From: Ophelia neglecta
Lineage: Eukaryota
DNA: 64,000 nt
Reading direction: 5' to 3'
Assembly (NCBI GenBank): GCA_965285935.1
Contig: OZ260661.1
Location: 27,156,001-27,220,000 of the forward strand
In this document: one piece after another, positions 24,501 through 39,100 of the stretch
Numbering within the stretch: the stretch's first letter is position 1
How the letters are laid out: the number at the start of each line of letters is the position of its first letter
Notes under the pieces: model-generated
What the model was told of the DNA's origin: nothing
Databases searched by the model: none
Seen by the model: the letters and a program-made list of their open reading frames with translations, nothing else
Program-made: the position numbers and the translations under genes

Positions 24501-27500
24501 ACTAACAGACTGTAGTTTAGCACCAGACAAAGCAGGTCTGTTTTTTAACTTTTTTGTTAGAAAGCCAAGTAAAACATGTTGCTTCTGCTCAAATGGAGGT
24601 GGAGTTAAATATTCTTTGAACTCTGAGCATACTCGGATTGTACAGTACGTGGCACATAAAGGGGAGGATCTTAGGCTTCCGACAGCTGCCACGTATTAAA
24701 GAACCAGATCTCAACTACCGGGGTATATCATTTCTAGATGTAAATCTACACCCACATATATAAGATAGCATAAAAATGGCACTCATTCATTTATATTAAA
24801 AGAGGCATATATAAAGCCCCACCCATGTAGCATGATAAAATACATTATCATGAATAAACTGTTGTTAACATTAACAAATATAATTGGCACATAGGAATCC
24901 TTCATAGATATAGAAGACTGAAAAAATTACCCATAAATACAGTCATTTCTGGAATACCAAATAATGTAAGGAGCAAGTAGCAGCTAGTCTCTAAATACAG
25001 CAAAACCTGCTTAAAAGACCACTTCTATAATCAGACCACCTGTTTATTCAGACCACTAATTTGAGGACCATGCTGTATACTTGAAAATATACTTAAAATA
25101 ACCTGTAAAAATAGACTGCCTCTGAAATCAGACCAGTATTTTCCAGTCCCTTTGGTGGTCTTAATTCACAGGTTTCACTATATATATATAAAAGCAAGCT
25201 AGCTGCTCCATCCTCTGGCGAAGTGACATTAATATGTACATGTATTATACACAGCTAAACAGGCAAGGGGTATTAATTGTTAGATAAGATCCCTGTGGTG
25301 CATACATATTAAAATGCTACACCTCGTAATTACCAAGACCCCACCGGGTTTCACATCACGAACAGTCCATTTACAAGCTATATCAAATAGGGCGATTATA
25401 AATGTGTATAATTAGATAAGAGAAGGATATTACCTGTAGGGCCTTGATCTCGGCGGCCTGTCTGGAGATCTTTTCCTCCGCCTGTTTCTGGAGTAACACC
25501 AGTTTCTGTTTCTCCTGGTGGACCTGTTCCTTCAACTCCTTAACCTTAGTGCTGGCAGCGTGCCCCTGGCTTTGTTCTAAAAAACACCCAAATTAATATC
25601 ACCAATTAATACCCTTGATTATAACCTATTTAATTTAGAAGCAGCACTACCATGAAACTTCAGTTAGTGTAATGAACTTGTAGTGCACATATAAAAACAG
25701 CTCACTTCACTTTGAAATACCGACAGTGAATTACCAACAAGGCAAACATCAAAAATCACTGATAAAAAATCCTTTCAATAATTGTATTCAGAAGCATTTA
25801 ATAAGTAGATCAATGTACATTAATTTGCGGTAAAATATATTTGAATAATTGAGGCATACTGTTAACCTATGTATTAGGTTACAATCATAAAATGCCATGT
25901 CAGGTGTATAAAAAGTAGCCATTGAGCCACCTGAATGAAATCCAGTTGCGATATGAGACTGCATAATTATATACACATTCTATATGGATCTTTGTTTTTT
26001 AATTGTTCAAACACCTTATTTACATTGAACAATCAAACATCAAGGGCAATCTTTTAGCTGCATTGGAAGGTTACATTCATGGGAATGTGAAAAGCTAATA
26101 TTACAGCATCTTTTTTTTTATGACAGTTTACCTGAGCGAATAGCATTGTTCTCTTCTGTAACTAAACAATAAAACAAAACTCTGTTATATAATCTCACAA
26201 CAAGCTAGGTGGATTTGAGTAGCAACAAAAGTGACAGTTCTCCCCGGTAAAAAAGACAATTTAGTTGGATATAAACTACCGTGTTCTTCTGAATAACAAC
26301 TCGGTGCCACAAGGATATTACTCTAGTACAGACTGCCAACTGTTTTTGTTTGCTTGTTTGTGACATGTGTCTACCTGTGTTTAATGTGAAAATTCAGCAC
26401 CACAATTAATTTCATATCAGGATGGTTGCTTCATGTCAGCATTATAAAAGACATATTAGCATGCTTAACAATGCTGACAAAAGTATATAGGCATTTAATA
26501 ACAATGAAAATCTTCCTTAATATAAGGTGCACCACTTTTATTTTTCAACATTTTCTTTGGAGATGGTTTAAGTTGTCCACAAGGACTTTTTTATTATGAT
26601 ATAAGACACTTCAGTGAAGAGCTGACACATCTTAATTTGTATTTTATTATGAAATCATACTACTTATTTTGTATTTTATTATGAAGTCATACTACTCAGA
26701 AACCGTACCATTCTGAGGAAGGCTCTTCGCTAGTTAATTCGCAATAATTCCACAGTTATTATTTGTGGATAAGCCCTGTACGGACTGACTTTAACTTTAT
26801 TTAATTACTCTGAAGCACATGAACAAGCCCTGAATGGATTGATTTTATCTTTATTCAATGGTTTTAATTGGCCTTTAAGATTGTGTCTATATACACACAG
26901 TGGTTGTCACATGTCTGTGTCAGTTGGTACCATGTGGTGAAAGGAATGAAATAGGCTTTTAAAAGTAAAACAGTTTTTGAGGTAGAGAACGGGGGGGGGG
27001 GGGGGGGGGGAGAGGTGGAGGAGGGTGTTTGGGGGAGGGGATAGGAGAGAGGGGGTGGGGAAAATCGTTTAATGCCTCAATTTGGGGGGGGGAGGGGGGG
27101 GGGTTAGAAATCAGAATCTGGAGTTGGCTTCAAAATGCCTAAATAACACTAATTTGGGATATAATGGAGTTAAAATTAGGGTGGGCATGTTGACAAAAAT
27201 TGTATATATAGATAACATCACAGAACACTTAATTGTGACTCCAGGATGTTAATAAAAACACAATTATACTGTCAATTCTATCAAGGTTTAGTATAACACC
27301 CTTAATCATCACAGAATACAAGAAATTGTTGGACAGAGGGAGGGGTTGGGGTGGGGTGGGGGTGTTTTCCCACCACATACATGGCCTTAATTTGATTTTA
27401 ATTTGTAAATTCCTGCAGTAGGTATACATTTTAAAAATCACAACTGAACAATCGGGATGAAGGCAGACAGTGACTGGACTGGCTCTCATGTAACCTTTAA

Positions 27501-30500
27501 CTGGAATAGCCCGAGGCATCTGGCAGACTTATGTGAGATAACTCCAGACCTGGCTTACCAGGTACGTGTTGTGTATATCACAGTACAATAGACCAGTATG
27601 GGTGGATAATGGAGGTACCCTAGCTGGTATATCTCTACCATCAAAGCTAATGGAGCAGGAGGTATGTATCTGAATACAAATCAAAGTGCTCTCTCAGACA
27701 GAGTTCAAGGCTAGGGAAGGCTCAGGAATGTGTGGGTGGGTGGGTGGGGGTCAAGTGGGTCAGCAATCATACAGACGGTCAAGAGGAGGTGACCACTACA
27801 GTGACAGAGGGTACCCGCAGAACATTTCAATAGCTCCAGACTCATCTCTATAAAGAGTAATAATAGGGCAAAAATATAGCATTTGCATAATTATTCTCAA
27901 TATTTTCAGTCTGTCATATATTTTATTTTGGTTTTAACAGTCTTTCTGACCAGTAATGTGACCAAATTCATTGTTATACATATCAGATGGGACTTTTGGT
28001 GATTTCATTGGGCAAACCCTGTGACTTTTCTGAATGATTGTTAAATATGAAAAATATCTACAATATACATGTACATATATGTTGGAAAAAATACATGAAA
28101 TATATGGTGGTTAAATTAATTAATCTAGATGAAAAATCACTCAAGCTGACTTTTTATGATTTGGTTTTGAAAGGTTCATTTGAGATTAATACAAAAATAT
28201 ATAAAAATACAAATATGCAGTTAATAGACAATTAATGTTTCACCGAGACCTAAGAACATGATCTTGATTGGATCGGATTATGAAGATACTGTAAAACTAG
28301 AACATTCCAGACAGCCAGTACAAGTCAGGACAGACTAGAGATATAAGTAACAAGTCTTGACTTTGTTATTCTGTAGAAATGCCAAGAAAACAACCAAGCA
28401 ACATCAGTGTTATAAAAGTGGGCAAATACGCAAGAAATCACTTCTCAATCAATGGATCTATTGGTTGAGAGATTTATAGTCTTAAGACTTAATGCATTCC
28501 AAATATTGCATGAACCGCACAGAAACATCAACCACCTGTGTAATATGTTTATTATTCAGCTCCAATGGCCGCCTGTTGGTCTAGTTATTGACCTTAGGTC
28601 GGCCCTGGTCAGATAGACAGCCTCTTAAACACAGGGCCACACTGGGAAAACTACAACAGATAACAGTCCATGTACCATGATGTACTGGGGCCTGGCTGGG
28701 GCCTGGTGGTCGGGGAAAGGCGCCCAGAGAACTCAGAACATCTCTCTACAACCGACTGCTAGGGCAAAATAATATCTCCCTCTTACTACATTAAAATCAT
28801 TGAATTTTCTGGATAAAACATATCGGTGAAACTGCAACCTCCAAGGAAACTAGGAACTAGTATATCTTGGTAATAAATCTCTTTTTTGTCATATGCGATG
28901 TCCAAAAGATTATTATCTGAAATAGTAGTTAATAATCAGAAACCCAACCCTCAAAAACACTGTTTCATGGGATAGAAACGGAGCAGCACCTCCCCTGAAA
29001 CACGAAATGACCCACATGGTGTCTATGTGTCATAAGCCCCAAAAATCCAAAACCCTAAGGCAGTATTTTGTATAACCCTCCCCCCTCCCCCCTCTCCGTT
29101 AACCTGAATAAGACCAAGAGCCAGTGTTCACTAGGTTAGAGTAGATGGTATAGATCTACTAACAGAACTCTCCAGAAAAACAAACAGTCAATGCTGCTCA
29201 GTCCCGGCTCAATTGATCTAAATAAAAAGACTCTCCCCAAAATCAATAACCAGGCCACCTCGGAGCCTGCTACTGTGTGCAGTAATCTGGCTTCCAATAA
29301 TTATACAATGACAAGACTCCAATCACACTTCACCAGGCACTCCTCTTATGAGCATTTACATTAACAATGAATAGCCATTTCAAGTTAATCTAGAGGAGAA
29401 TAAGATGCCCTCATTTATATAGATATATATAGAAATATAATTATACAGTGGAACCTGTGAATTGAGACTACCCAAGGGACTGTAAAATATTGGTCTGGTT
29501 ATGGAGGTGGTCTGATTAGACAGGTTATTAACATTGACAATGCATACTAGAGTCTTCATATTGGCGGTCTGTATTGACAGGTGGTCAGAATACGGAGGTG
29601 GTCTGTAAGGCAGGTTTCACTGTATATATGCTAGCTTTTCTGATCTATAAAGCAAAAGGCCATATAAATGTAAATAGAAATTTTCATTATCTCCAGAATT
29701 GGAAGCCTAACTGCATGTGACATCTACTAGGCTAGGGCTCGTAAAACAAACTCTGTTTTGTACGTCTGGATTTACTCATCTAGCCAATCTCTCCTTTTTA
29801 ATAAATGAAGTGACCTAGTTATCATGGTAGGAGTCAGACTAAACATACCACCAAGATGAGAGGGGCAGGGGGAGGTGGATGGAAGAGGTTAGGGACCTAC
29901 AGAGTGGTTACACAGCCAGGTGAAGATGGGTACAAGCACCCTCCTCTTGGCTTCTCCTGCCATTGATGTTTCTAGGGACTGGAAGACGTCACAGGCTTTA
30001 CACAGCCATTTATTAACTTCACAACTAATATTATGTACCCCGGGTAGCCCAGGCCGTTTTAAAGTCTTATCACTAAGGCTCAGCAAACCTGATTAGTTCA
30101 AAGGCGTAGATGCTCTGGATCCGTTCTGGGTGGATACTTTGAATTCATGGAACAGTTCCCAATTTAATTTTTGGAAACCATGGCAATAATTTTGCTAGTC
30201 ACTGTTTTGTCTCCTAATCCAATCTCAATCAGACCCAAAGAGCCAAGGTGAAATGGGTTTGGTTCTAAAACATCTCTGCTCCTTGCAGGTGGCATGCTCT
30301 CAGGGGGAGTAGGTGAGCAATGCATCACTTTTTTCACCGATGAACCAGGTCACATGTTTGAGAGGGAAAAACACACTCAAAAATGGCTTGTGCGTTGGGC
30401 TGGGAATCTCCAGTGCTCTCTATCATGTATGTGATAGCCTCTCTATCTAGTTCTGCTTCTCTGAGGTTGTTACCTGTCAACAACGGCTGCCATTGGCACT

Positions 30501-33500
30501 CTGTATACAATACTTAGCCCTGAACCATTGCTTTCTAGGTCTATTGGGAGTTTTCTTGGTCTACATATAAACAACAATTATATGAAAACATTTCATTATA
30601 AAATTGTCCACCCTAATTCCTGTAATGATTGAAGACTATGAAATCTATCAACCAAATAATGGTATTTCTATTTTGTCTTTCATAATCATCACATACACCT
30701 GTAAATTTAATAATTTAGGCGAGTGAATTATTAGCAGCATGGTACAACCATATAATATTCATTGTGCACAGATCAAACACACCATCTCTCTTTAGCCAAT
30801 GGCAAACGTAAAATCTAGTCTGTTTTCTAAACCATCTTTACCTATTCTGTTCTTGCATTATCACACATACTTTTCTTTGGTGAAGCAAGTTGTGAAGAGC
30901 AAAAATGTTGAATGCACTAATGGATTAATTGTATGTCTGTAATTCTCCTGAGCCATGTGATAGCATTTTTTACCTTTTTCACTTGTGTTAGGCATAAAAC
31001 GTCCACGAAGAATGGCTGGAAATACCCATTGGCACTCTGTTTATTCTCTCTGCTTCTCAAGTCATTATTTTCAAAACCTATTAGTGATATATTGGTATAT
31101 CTGCCAAACTTATCTGCTGACCATGTTTTATATGAGGCTGGTTAGAAGGCTGATACCTTTACCTAGTTTTTTGAAAGGCCCCCTGAAGGCTTGTTTATCA
31201 CATTATACATTTATCACCTTGTCCAGAGACAGCTAGGCCATTCATTTTCAGCTCTGTTTTACCAGGTATTTCAGTTATCCATGAACTATTGATGCCTGGG
31301 TTGCCATTAAGAAGAGATGGATTCTTGAATACAATGTATTAAAACAACTCAACAACAACTGTGAGTACGTAAACACGTGTATTTAAGGTGCCAAACTAGT
31401 GTCACACAAGGCCAAGCGGCTTAATGAAAATTGTTAACACAGGGTTAACAATGACAACATTCAGGTGGTAAAAACAGTAAAAAAATTAAAATATGAAACT
31501 GATAAACAATCTGTACTATACAATATACAAATTGGATATGGAGACTTATTTTGTCTATGTATACAGGTTGAACCTATTATCCAGACTTATTTAGTAAACC
31601 TGATATCTATGCAACATGCAGGGTACATCCATATTCATCATATTTTTCATTTTTTTACTTTCAATGTGCTTTTTCCAAAAAAACAAAATGCGGTCTATCT
31701 AGTTAAACAACCAATTAAACCATGCAGCCTAATTTGCAAATTAAATAAGATCAAAGGAAGTTTCTAGACTAGAACTGTCTGCTAAAATATATGGTGAGAA
31801 CAAAAACCAAGAAGGAGTTAATTATCAGTTAACTTTTGTTGGAAGTGCACAAAATTTATGACTAATAAAAGTTGTTTTCAACAGCCGTTGGAAGTTTTTA
31901 GCAACATAAAAGCACAATTAAGATTTAGATTTAGGTATTTTTGTCTTCTTTTTGTCGTTACATTGTTCAGCAGTTGTTCACTTAAGTTACAAACAAACTT
32001 ATGTGGCAGTTTAAATATCAAAAAATAATTCAATATTTAAGACATGGCATACCCAAATGGCATTTTTCCCACCCAAATTGTTTAAAAGCTTGGACAGTAC
32101 CATGTCTAACCTTTATATGAGAAGTTCAAGAAGTGTTGTTTGAAATTGACATTCAACACTTCCTAACTGGAGGCAATTTACTCCGCATTCAAGAGCAAAT
32201 TTATTTGCTTCTGCTTTCATCATAAAGATAACATTTCTTTTTCACTTCCACACTCTTAAAAACATCATTAAACCTCAACAGATATTAATTCACCAGTAAT
32301 GCTAATGGTGAATGAACCTAATAAAACATAGAACTTTAAATTAAGAAAGCTAAGAAAGGTGTTATAAAATGATTGGGTTACCTTCTTGTAGCGCCCGTTC
32401 TTTCTCCTCCAGCTGTTTCTTGAGAGCGAAGGTAGGATCTCCCTTCTGGGGTTTCTAGGAGTACAACAGGAACCAGATTAGTTTATACTGCCAGGATTTG
32501 ATACCTGAGAACTGTCGGCCGAGAGCAATATCACTGATATCACTCGCAGCATCATATGACGTGTAAATCACTTGGCAGGCTCTCAGCCCTTGTAAAAGGT
32601 CTCTGATTAGGGGGGGGGGGGGGGGGGGGCTGATAGGGAAGGGGGGTAAATCACTTGGCAGGCTCTCAGCCCTTGTAAAAGGTCTCTGATGGGGGGGGGG
32701 GGGAGGGAGGGAGGGGGGGGGGCTGATAGGGAAGGGGGGTAAATCACTTGGCAGGCTCTCAGCCCTTGTAAAAGGTCTCTGATTAGGGGGGGGCTGATAG
32801 GGAAGGGGGGTAAATCACTTGGCAGGCTCTCAGCCCTTGTAAAAGGTCTCTGATTGGGGAGGAGGGCGGAGGCTTGATAGGGAAGGGGGGAGGGGGGGAA
32901 ATCACTTGGCAGGCTCTCAGCCCTTCTAAAAGGTCTCTGATTGGGGGGGGGGGGCTGATAGGGAAGGGGGAGGGGGGAGAAATCACTTGGCAGGCTCTCA
33001 GCCCTTGTAAAAGGTCTCTAATTGGGGGGGGGGGAGAGGCCTGATAGGGAAGGGGAGGGTAAATCACTTGGAAGATCTCTGATTGGGGGGGAGGGGCAAT
33101 AGGAAAGGGGGTAAATCACTTGGCAGGCTCTGGGAAGGGAGGAGGGGGGGAGTACTCAAGACCAGGCTCTTATGGCTTTGGTTAGGGGTGGATCCAGGCA
33201 CAAAATCCCCAGGGCTTTGATTTGAAGAGACGAGTATCAGGCCAGGCTCCAAGACAACAGATTGAGCTGTTATGTTAGGGCTCTGAACCACTCTAACCAG
33301 GTCCCTAGCAAGGCTCAGGCTATAAATGTAAAATTGAGAGGCTTAATTATCTGAAAATGTGCAGTCTCTCCAACAGCTCTCTGAGAGCTGATCCATATTG
33401 TTTTTAAACAAGGCAGGCTTATTAACTGTCTTGCTTAAAATGAAGAACATCAACAATTGATTGATTTAAATATTATTGATTGGACCCCTTCACCCCCTTC

Positions 33501-36156
33501 ATCCTAAACATGACCTCCCTGACCTTAAATCTCACCAAATCCCAGCATTCCAGGATCATTTAGAGTGAGACATCTTTTATGCCTAGTGTTTTGGGGGATA
33601 ATATACTGCCAGCTCAGACAATCACAGCAGGAATCAGACTGGTTCTGGTTAGAGACTTGGGTTCAGTCCAATTCATACCAACGCCAAATGAATGAGGGGA
33701 GGGCAGTATTTATTTAGCAAAGGTATCAAACTTAACTATTCAGCATTCAAGCAGAAAGAGGGAGTGAATGAAGGACATGGGGCATTGTGTGTGGAGGGGA
33801 GAGGGAGGGGTGGGGGCAGATAAATAGGGGAATCATCTCAGTATGACATACCAGAGGGAGGTAAGGGGCGACAGGGCTCTAGGAATCAGACATTTCTCTG
33901 CAGTCAGCCAGAAGGGAGAGGATAAATGGCAAGCAGGTAGGGAAGGCAGAGAGGGGCTTCATAGGAAGGGAAAGGGGGAAAACTCAACTTAGCAGGAAGG
34001 GAAAGGGGGAAACTCAACAAAGGTAGTTCAGGAGGGCGTCAAAGGACTGAATGTTTTCTTCTTCTGTTAGAACATTATTTTATGAGTGCCACAGTTTCTG
34101 AGAATTCTGAGGAAATGCCACAGAAAAGAGGTGTCTGCATGTTGTTTGATTGGTTGATAGTATTTCCTGGGATGCTGTGTCATTATATACTTTAATTCCA
34201 TCATATAATCGGCGCCTCAAATCACTTATTCCAGCCCTACCTTTGTTGTAGCTTTACCAACCCTACCTCTGTTCTAGATAAGCCTCCCTTTCTTCTATCC
34301 CTCCCTTCCTTTCAACTCTTCCCTTTCTCCTAAAACCCTTCCATTGTTAATCAATCCTAGTGTTGACTACAGATAATTTGATCCCATTTTTTGATGTTGC
34401 CACCAGAGGGCATCACCCTTTCTTTCTATCAATATACCCCCCTGCTGTGAGTCTGAAGGCGCGGTGTAGACTGACACATGATATATCTGTTACTGGTATA
34501 TCTAGGAATGCCAGTTTATTGTTCCATGTGTACTGGTACAAGAATGTCAAGTGATAAGTTGATGAATATATAATATTTCAAAAAAGCCAACGCATGCAAA
34601 TGTAGAAATAAATAAAGAATGCTTAACCGATCTGTCAAAAGTCCGCAGACATGACTTGTGCATTTATTTCTTTCAGACATTCTGATGAGATTATTACTAA
34701 ATATGCATACTGCATATATAAACAAACAAAATGCCAGTTTTTTAAATACATGTACATGTATTAAGGAATTCATATTCCTCCTTTTATACAAAGAGATGCA
34801 TACAGTACATTGTACATTCTCTTTAAGGGGGTAGAGAACATTCATTATGCCTATTCAAATTAATTGTGACACAGCTACTGAGTGTATTCTCTTTCTTTTT
34901 TTATATTAACCACATATTTTGCAACAAGAATAAAAAAGCCATTCAATACATAAATAATGTTTGTATTATTCTATGTTATAAATGAGCTTGTATGGCCAGG
35001 AATGTTTTATACTGCATCATATATCAAAACTTTGGCACATTGGAAGCTTAGGAAGAAAACTGAGGAAAGAATAAATGTATCTATAAGTGTGTTGAGATGA
35101 ACTAACAGTCCCTCAGCTATATGAAGAGCGGAGACATGTAGGCATCTGCTCAGTTATTGTGACTGGCTTTTTTGTAATATATAGGGTACAGTGGTGACCA
35201 GAACAGGGGGGGGGGGGGGAGATTAGAGCTACAGATGCTCACAGTACAGGAGTATCTTCTGGCCTGGCAAAAAGCCATATCAAGCCAAAGTACATTGTTA
35301 GCAATATCTGGTCAAATAACCTGTACAGCAGGCCCTGCAATGTAGGGCCATCCACAAATCCCAGGAATAGTGGACCCACATTGCAGCTGACCCTTCATCA
35401 GAGGTTATTTAACATGGAAAAGATAGGACATGGGAATTCAAAAACTGTCCTGCCATCGCAGGTGGCCCTTCATTGGAGGGGTGTTACATTGCAGGGACCA
35501 CTAGGGCTAGTGCACACATTGCAGTACTGATTACTTAAGGTTATTTTCCAGACAGTGTACGCCCCCATACTGTGGGTACCCAGGACTCATCAAGGACAGA
35601 CTTCTCCATAACTGACAGGAATTAAAGATTTAAAGGCTCATTATTTCAGAATAAACTCTGTCAGACTCAAGGCTACCCATGGCCGAGGTTCAGGGAGCAA
35701 GGCATGTAAACAGTCATCTCTTTAACTAGCAATATATAGCTGGAGGTAAGGAACAGAAGCACAGACAGGAGCTAGAGGCCAAGAATCATACATCTTCTGA
35801 ACTCATTGTCTGAACAAGGCCTAGTTCATGTCTCGAGGTAGACAGGTCTAGATTCAGGTAATGAACATGTACAGTATGTTGTTTACTATAGTCTGCTAAT
35901 CCAAATGGCAAGACCTATAAAAACTTATTATGGTCTAGATCAATATTTTCTGAAAAATTAGCTTAGACACGTGGATAAACGATAATCTATTGGTAATTTG
36001 GGGCGACAATGGATATTGCAGATTGTTTCCGATGCACACCACTAGTAGTCACGTCGATGTTTGAGCCTGGCATACCTTTTAGATACACTGTTGTATGCCC
36101 TGAAGTCCAAGGGCATACTTCTCACTATATGGGTGGACAAACCCGAATCTTAAGGG

Positions 36157-36198
<42 letters not shown>

Positions 36199-39100
36199 GG
36201 GTTTTACGTGGCTTCCAACACTTATCGGTCATATCGCCACTGAACCTACTTGTGACAGTGGGCTCAATGCCCTCTTTAGAGTGCTGCCTCACTGGAGTAC
36301 CTGCCGTAGACACCAGACAGGGAACCCCACCCAGTCACATTATACTGACACCGGGTTGACCAGTCCTGATACTACCCCTGGAAATACCGGGCGCCTGGCA
36401 GGGGAGCTATCAGTACCTATTTTTACGTCTTAGGTTTGGCGCGATCAAGGTTTGAACCCCGATCTCCCACTTGCGAGGTGGACGCCCTAACCACTCGGCA
36501 ACGCTTTGGTGGTCGTATCTTAAGGGATCAAACCTGGTTTTACAATTTTACAATAAACCCAGCTCAAAACTAACATGTTTTTTTCATTACCATGTAAAGT
36601 CATCTTCCGTGACTCTGCTAATTATTTCGTTCCTCTATTGGCAGGAAGCATAACTAATGCCATGCAGGGGGCATGGTGGCAATCATCAAGAGATGTTTTT
36701 AGTCCACTTAACCCGTGACCCACCTGACACTCACCAGGTGGCTCTGACAGGTCATGTGAGGTGGAGGAGACAGATCATGTGAGGTGGAGGAGACAGATCA
36801 TGTGAGGTGGAGGAGACAGATCAGGTGAGATGGAGGGGAGACAGATCATGTGAGTTGGAGGAGACAGATCATGTGAGGTGGGGGAGACAGATCATGTGAG
36901 GTGGAGGAGACAGATCATGTGAGGTGGAGGGGAGACAGATCATGTGAGATGGAGGAGACAGATCATGTGAGGTGGAGGAGACAGATCATGTGAGGTGGAG
37001 GAGACAGATCAGGTGAGGTGGAGGAGACAGATCATGTGAGGTGGAGGAGACAGATCATGTGAGGTGTAGGAGACAGATCATGTGAGGTGGAGGAGACAGA
37101 TCATGTGAGGTGGAGGAGACGTTGACACACCGGGATCAATCACCACTAGTTTTATTATTCCAGGAAAGGTTAATTTTTTAAAAGTCCTGGTTGACAAATA
37201 TTTAACAATTACTTCGCTAGATGACTTTTTCCGGGTGTCATGGCCGACAGTGGCTAGAAATAATTAATTAGCAATGTCTGTAAAAAAAAAGCTTATGACA
37301 CAGGAGAGTCTGGGGTCATGTACAGGGTAAAGTTTTCTTTCTCTTTCATAATGGCAAGTTATATAAATTCATTGAGTATGTTTATAATGTCCCCATCCTT
37401 GCTCCTGATAACTCTTTGTTACGGTGATAGTTCAGTGAGATAGGCTGTTGACTGTTGTCTCTAGCCTACTACAACCAGTTAAAAGTCCACTCAACAATAC
37501 AGTAATCCCTCTCAGCCCTGATCTTTAATCCTGCTGATTGAATGCTCTGTGGTGCCCTTTACACTTCATTGTATTTCTTCATTGGCTCATTTAAGGTAAT
37601 ACTCCTGTAAGCCAGTATAATTTGCATGCTGGACATGTTTGCAAATTTCACAATTGGAAAAATGTCCATATTGCATTGACAATCAGCAATAATGACTGAA
37701 TTTACGAAATATTGCGATCCATAAAGAGCTTCGATGATCAATAACAACAAGCTGTGTGCAATTATGTTTCTAGATGAAAAATAAATTATACTGGACTACG
37801 CATTGTTTGTTTTGGTTGGAATAGCACATTTGAGAAATTAAAATTGGGAAATTGCTAATGTAAGATGCATTTGGCTGTAAATAGTGAAAGTCTAATTGTA
37901 AATACTTCTTCTGTCCCAGTTATGAACCAACTTAAAGGTACATTTTGTCTCATAAGCCTAATGAACATCAGTTGTCTATACAGTGAAACCTGTGAATTAA
38001 GACCACCCAAGGGACTGGAAAATACTGGTCTGATTATATAGGTGGTCTGTTTAGACAGGCTATTTAACATTGAAAACATGCAGTGTGGTCTTCAAATAAA
38101 TTGTCTGAATTGCCAGGTGGTCTGAATTTAGAGGTGGTCTTTAAGGCAGGTTTCACTGTACTTTATAATTAACTTCGTTAATTCATGTTTTTAAATCTGT
38201 TCAAACCGAAATTTTGAAGAATGCTTCCAAAGAAAAAACATCAGGATACATAGTGACAAATTCCCGTTTGGCTGATTGATAGAGGAGTGAGTTGGACTTA
38301 CCTGGGTCCACTCGTCGGTGGCGGTGATAGTGCCGGTCTGTTTGGAGAGTAGCACGTCAATCAGATGCTGGATGTCTGCGTCGCTGAGGGGAGCCATCCG
38401 GATGGCTTCCACCATCTTACTGCTGTCGGAAACTCCATCTGCAAGCAAGAAAAAACCTGGAAATAAATATCTGGGGATATCTACAGAAACCCTCGAGGAT
38501 CTGCAGATAAAAAAAAGGATATGAACATTTTTCAAGGGTCCCTAATGGGTAAAATGAAGTATTTGTCTGGGAAAGCAAAGATTTGAAATGTACAAGCTGA
38601 GAGTACATCTGGGAGGAATCAAGTTTTTTTCTTGTCAGAATAATTTGTTTGTACAATATGCATGTTGTGGATGGATTCTGCCATATACAGCTCTGAAAAA
38701 ATTACTATTTCTTTTCTTGCCATCAGCTCTGCTCTAAAGAATATTTGCACTCAATTATAACCTTGGTGGAAGCAGATTTGCTCCACCGGTTAACTTAACA
38801 GCACAATTTATGTACTTATGCAAGTTGATATGTTTGGAAAAGATTTGGAACTACTGGTGCATTTTTGCCTAAGACTACCCAGATCAAGTTCTATGAAATG
38901 ATAGGTACTTGTCAGTCCTTCTGACTTAATAAGTCATATTTATGATTGGGGAGAGCCAGTCTGTCAGAAAATGAAATTCACCTTGTCCAAGTGTTGACAG
39001 CTTGGTCAGTGAAAATACCAATGGCCCCGGGGAAAATTAACTACTGACATTCTGATTGAACCAGAGAAGATATAACCATGAGATTTAAAACAAACAGAGA

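Noticed and set aside
32563-33140. Repeat-spacer array as CRISPR, and the Pro-rich ORFs 32783-33291
   Set aside because: The 'spacers' are only G-runs of variable length; the ORFs are translations of the repeat
36430-36512. tRNA gene
   Set aside because: The tRNA-like head continues into a SINE body, tail and TSD
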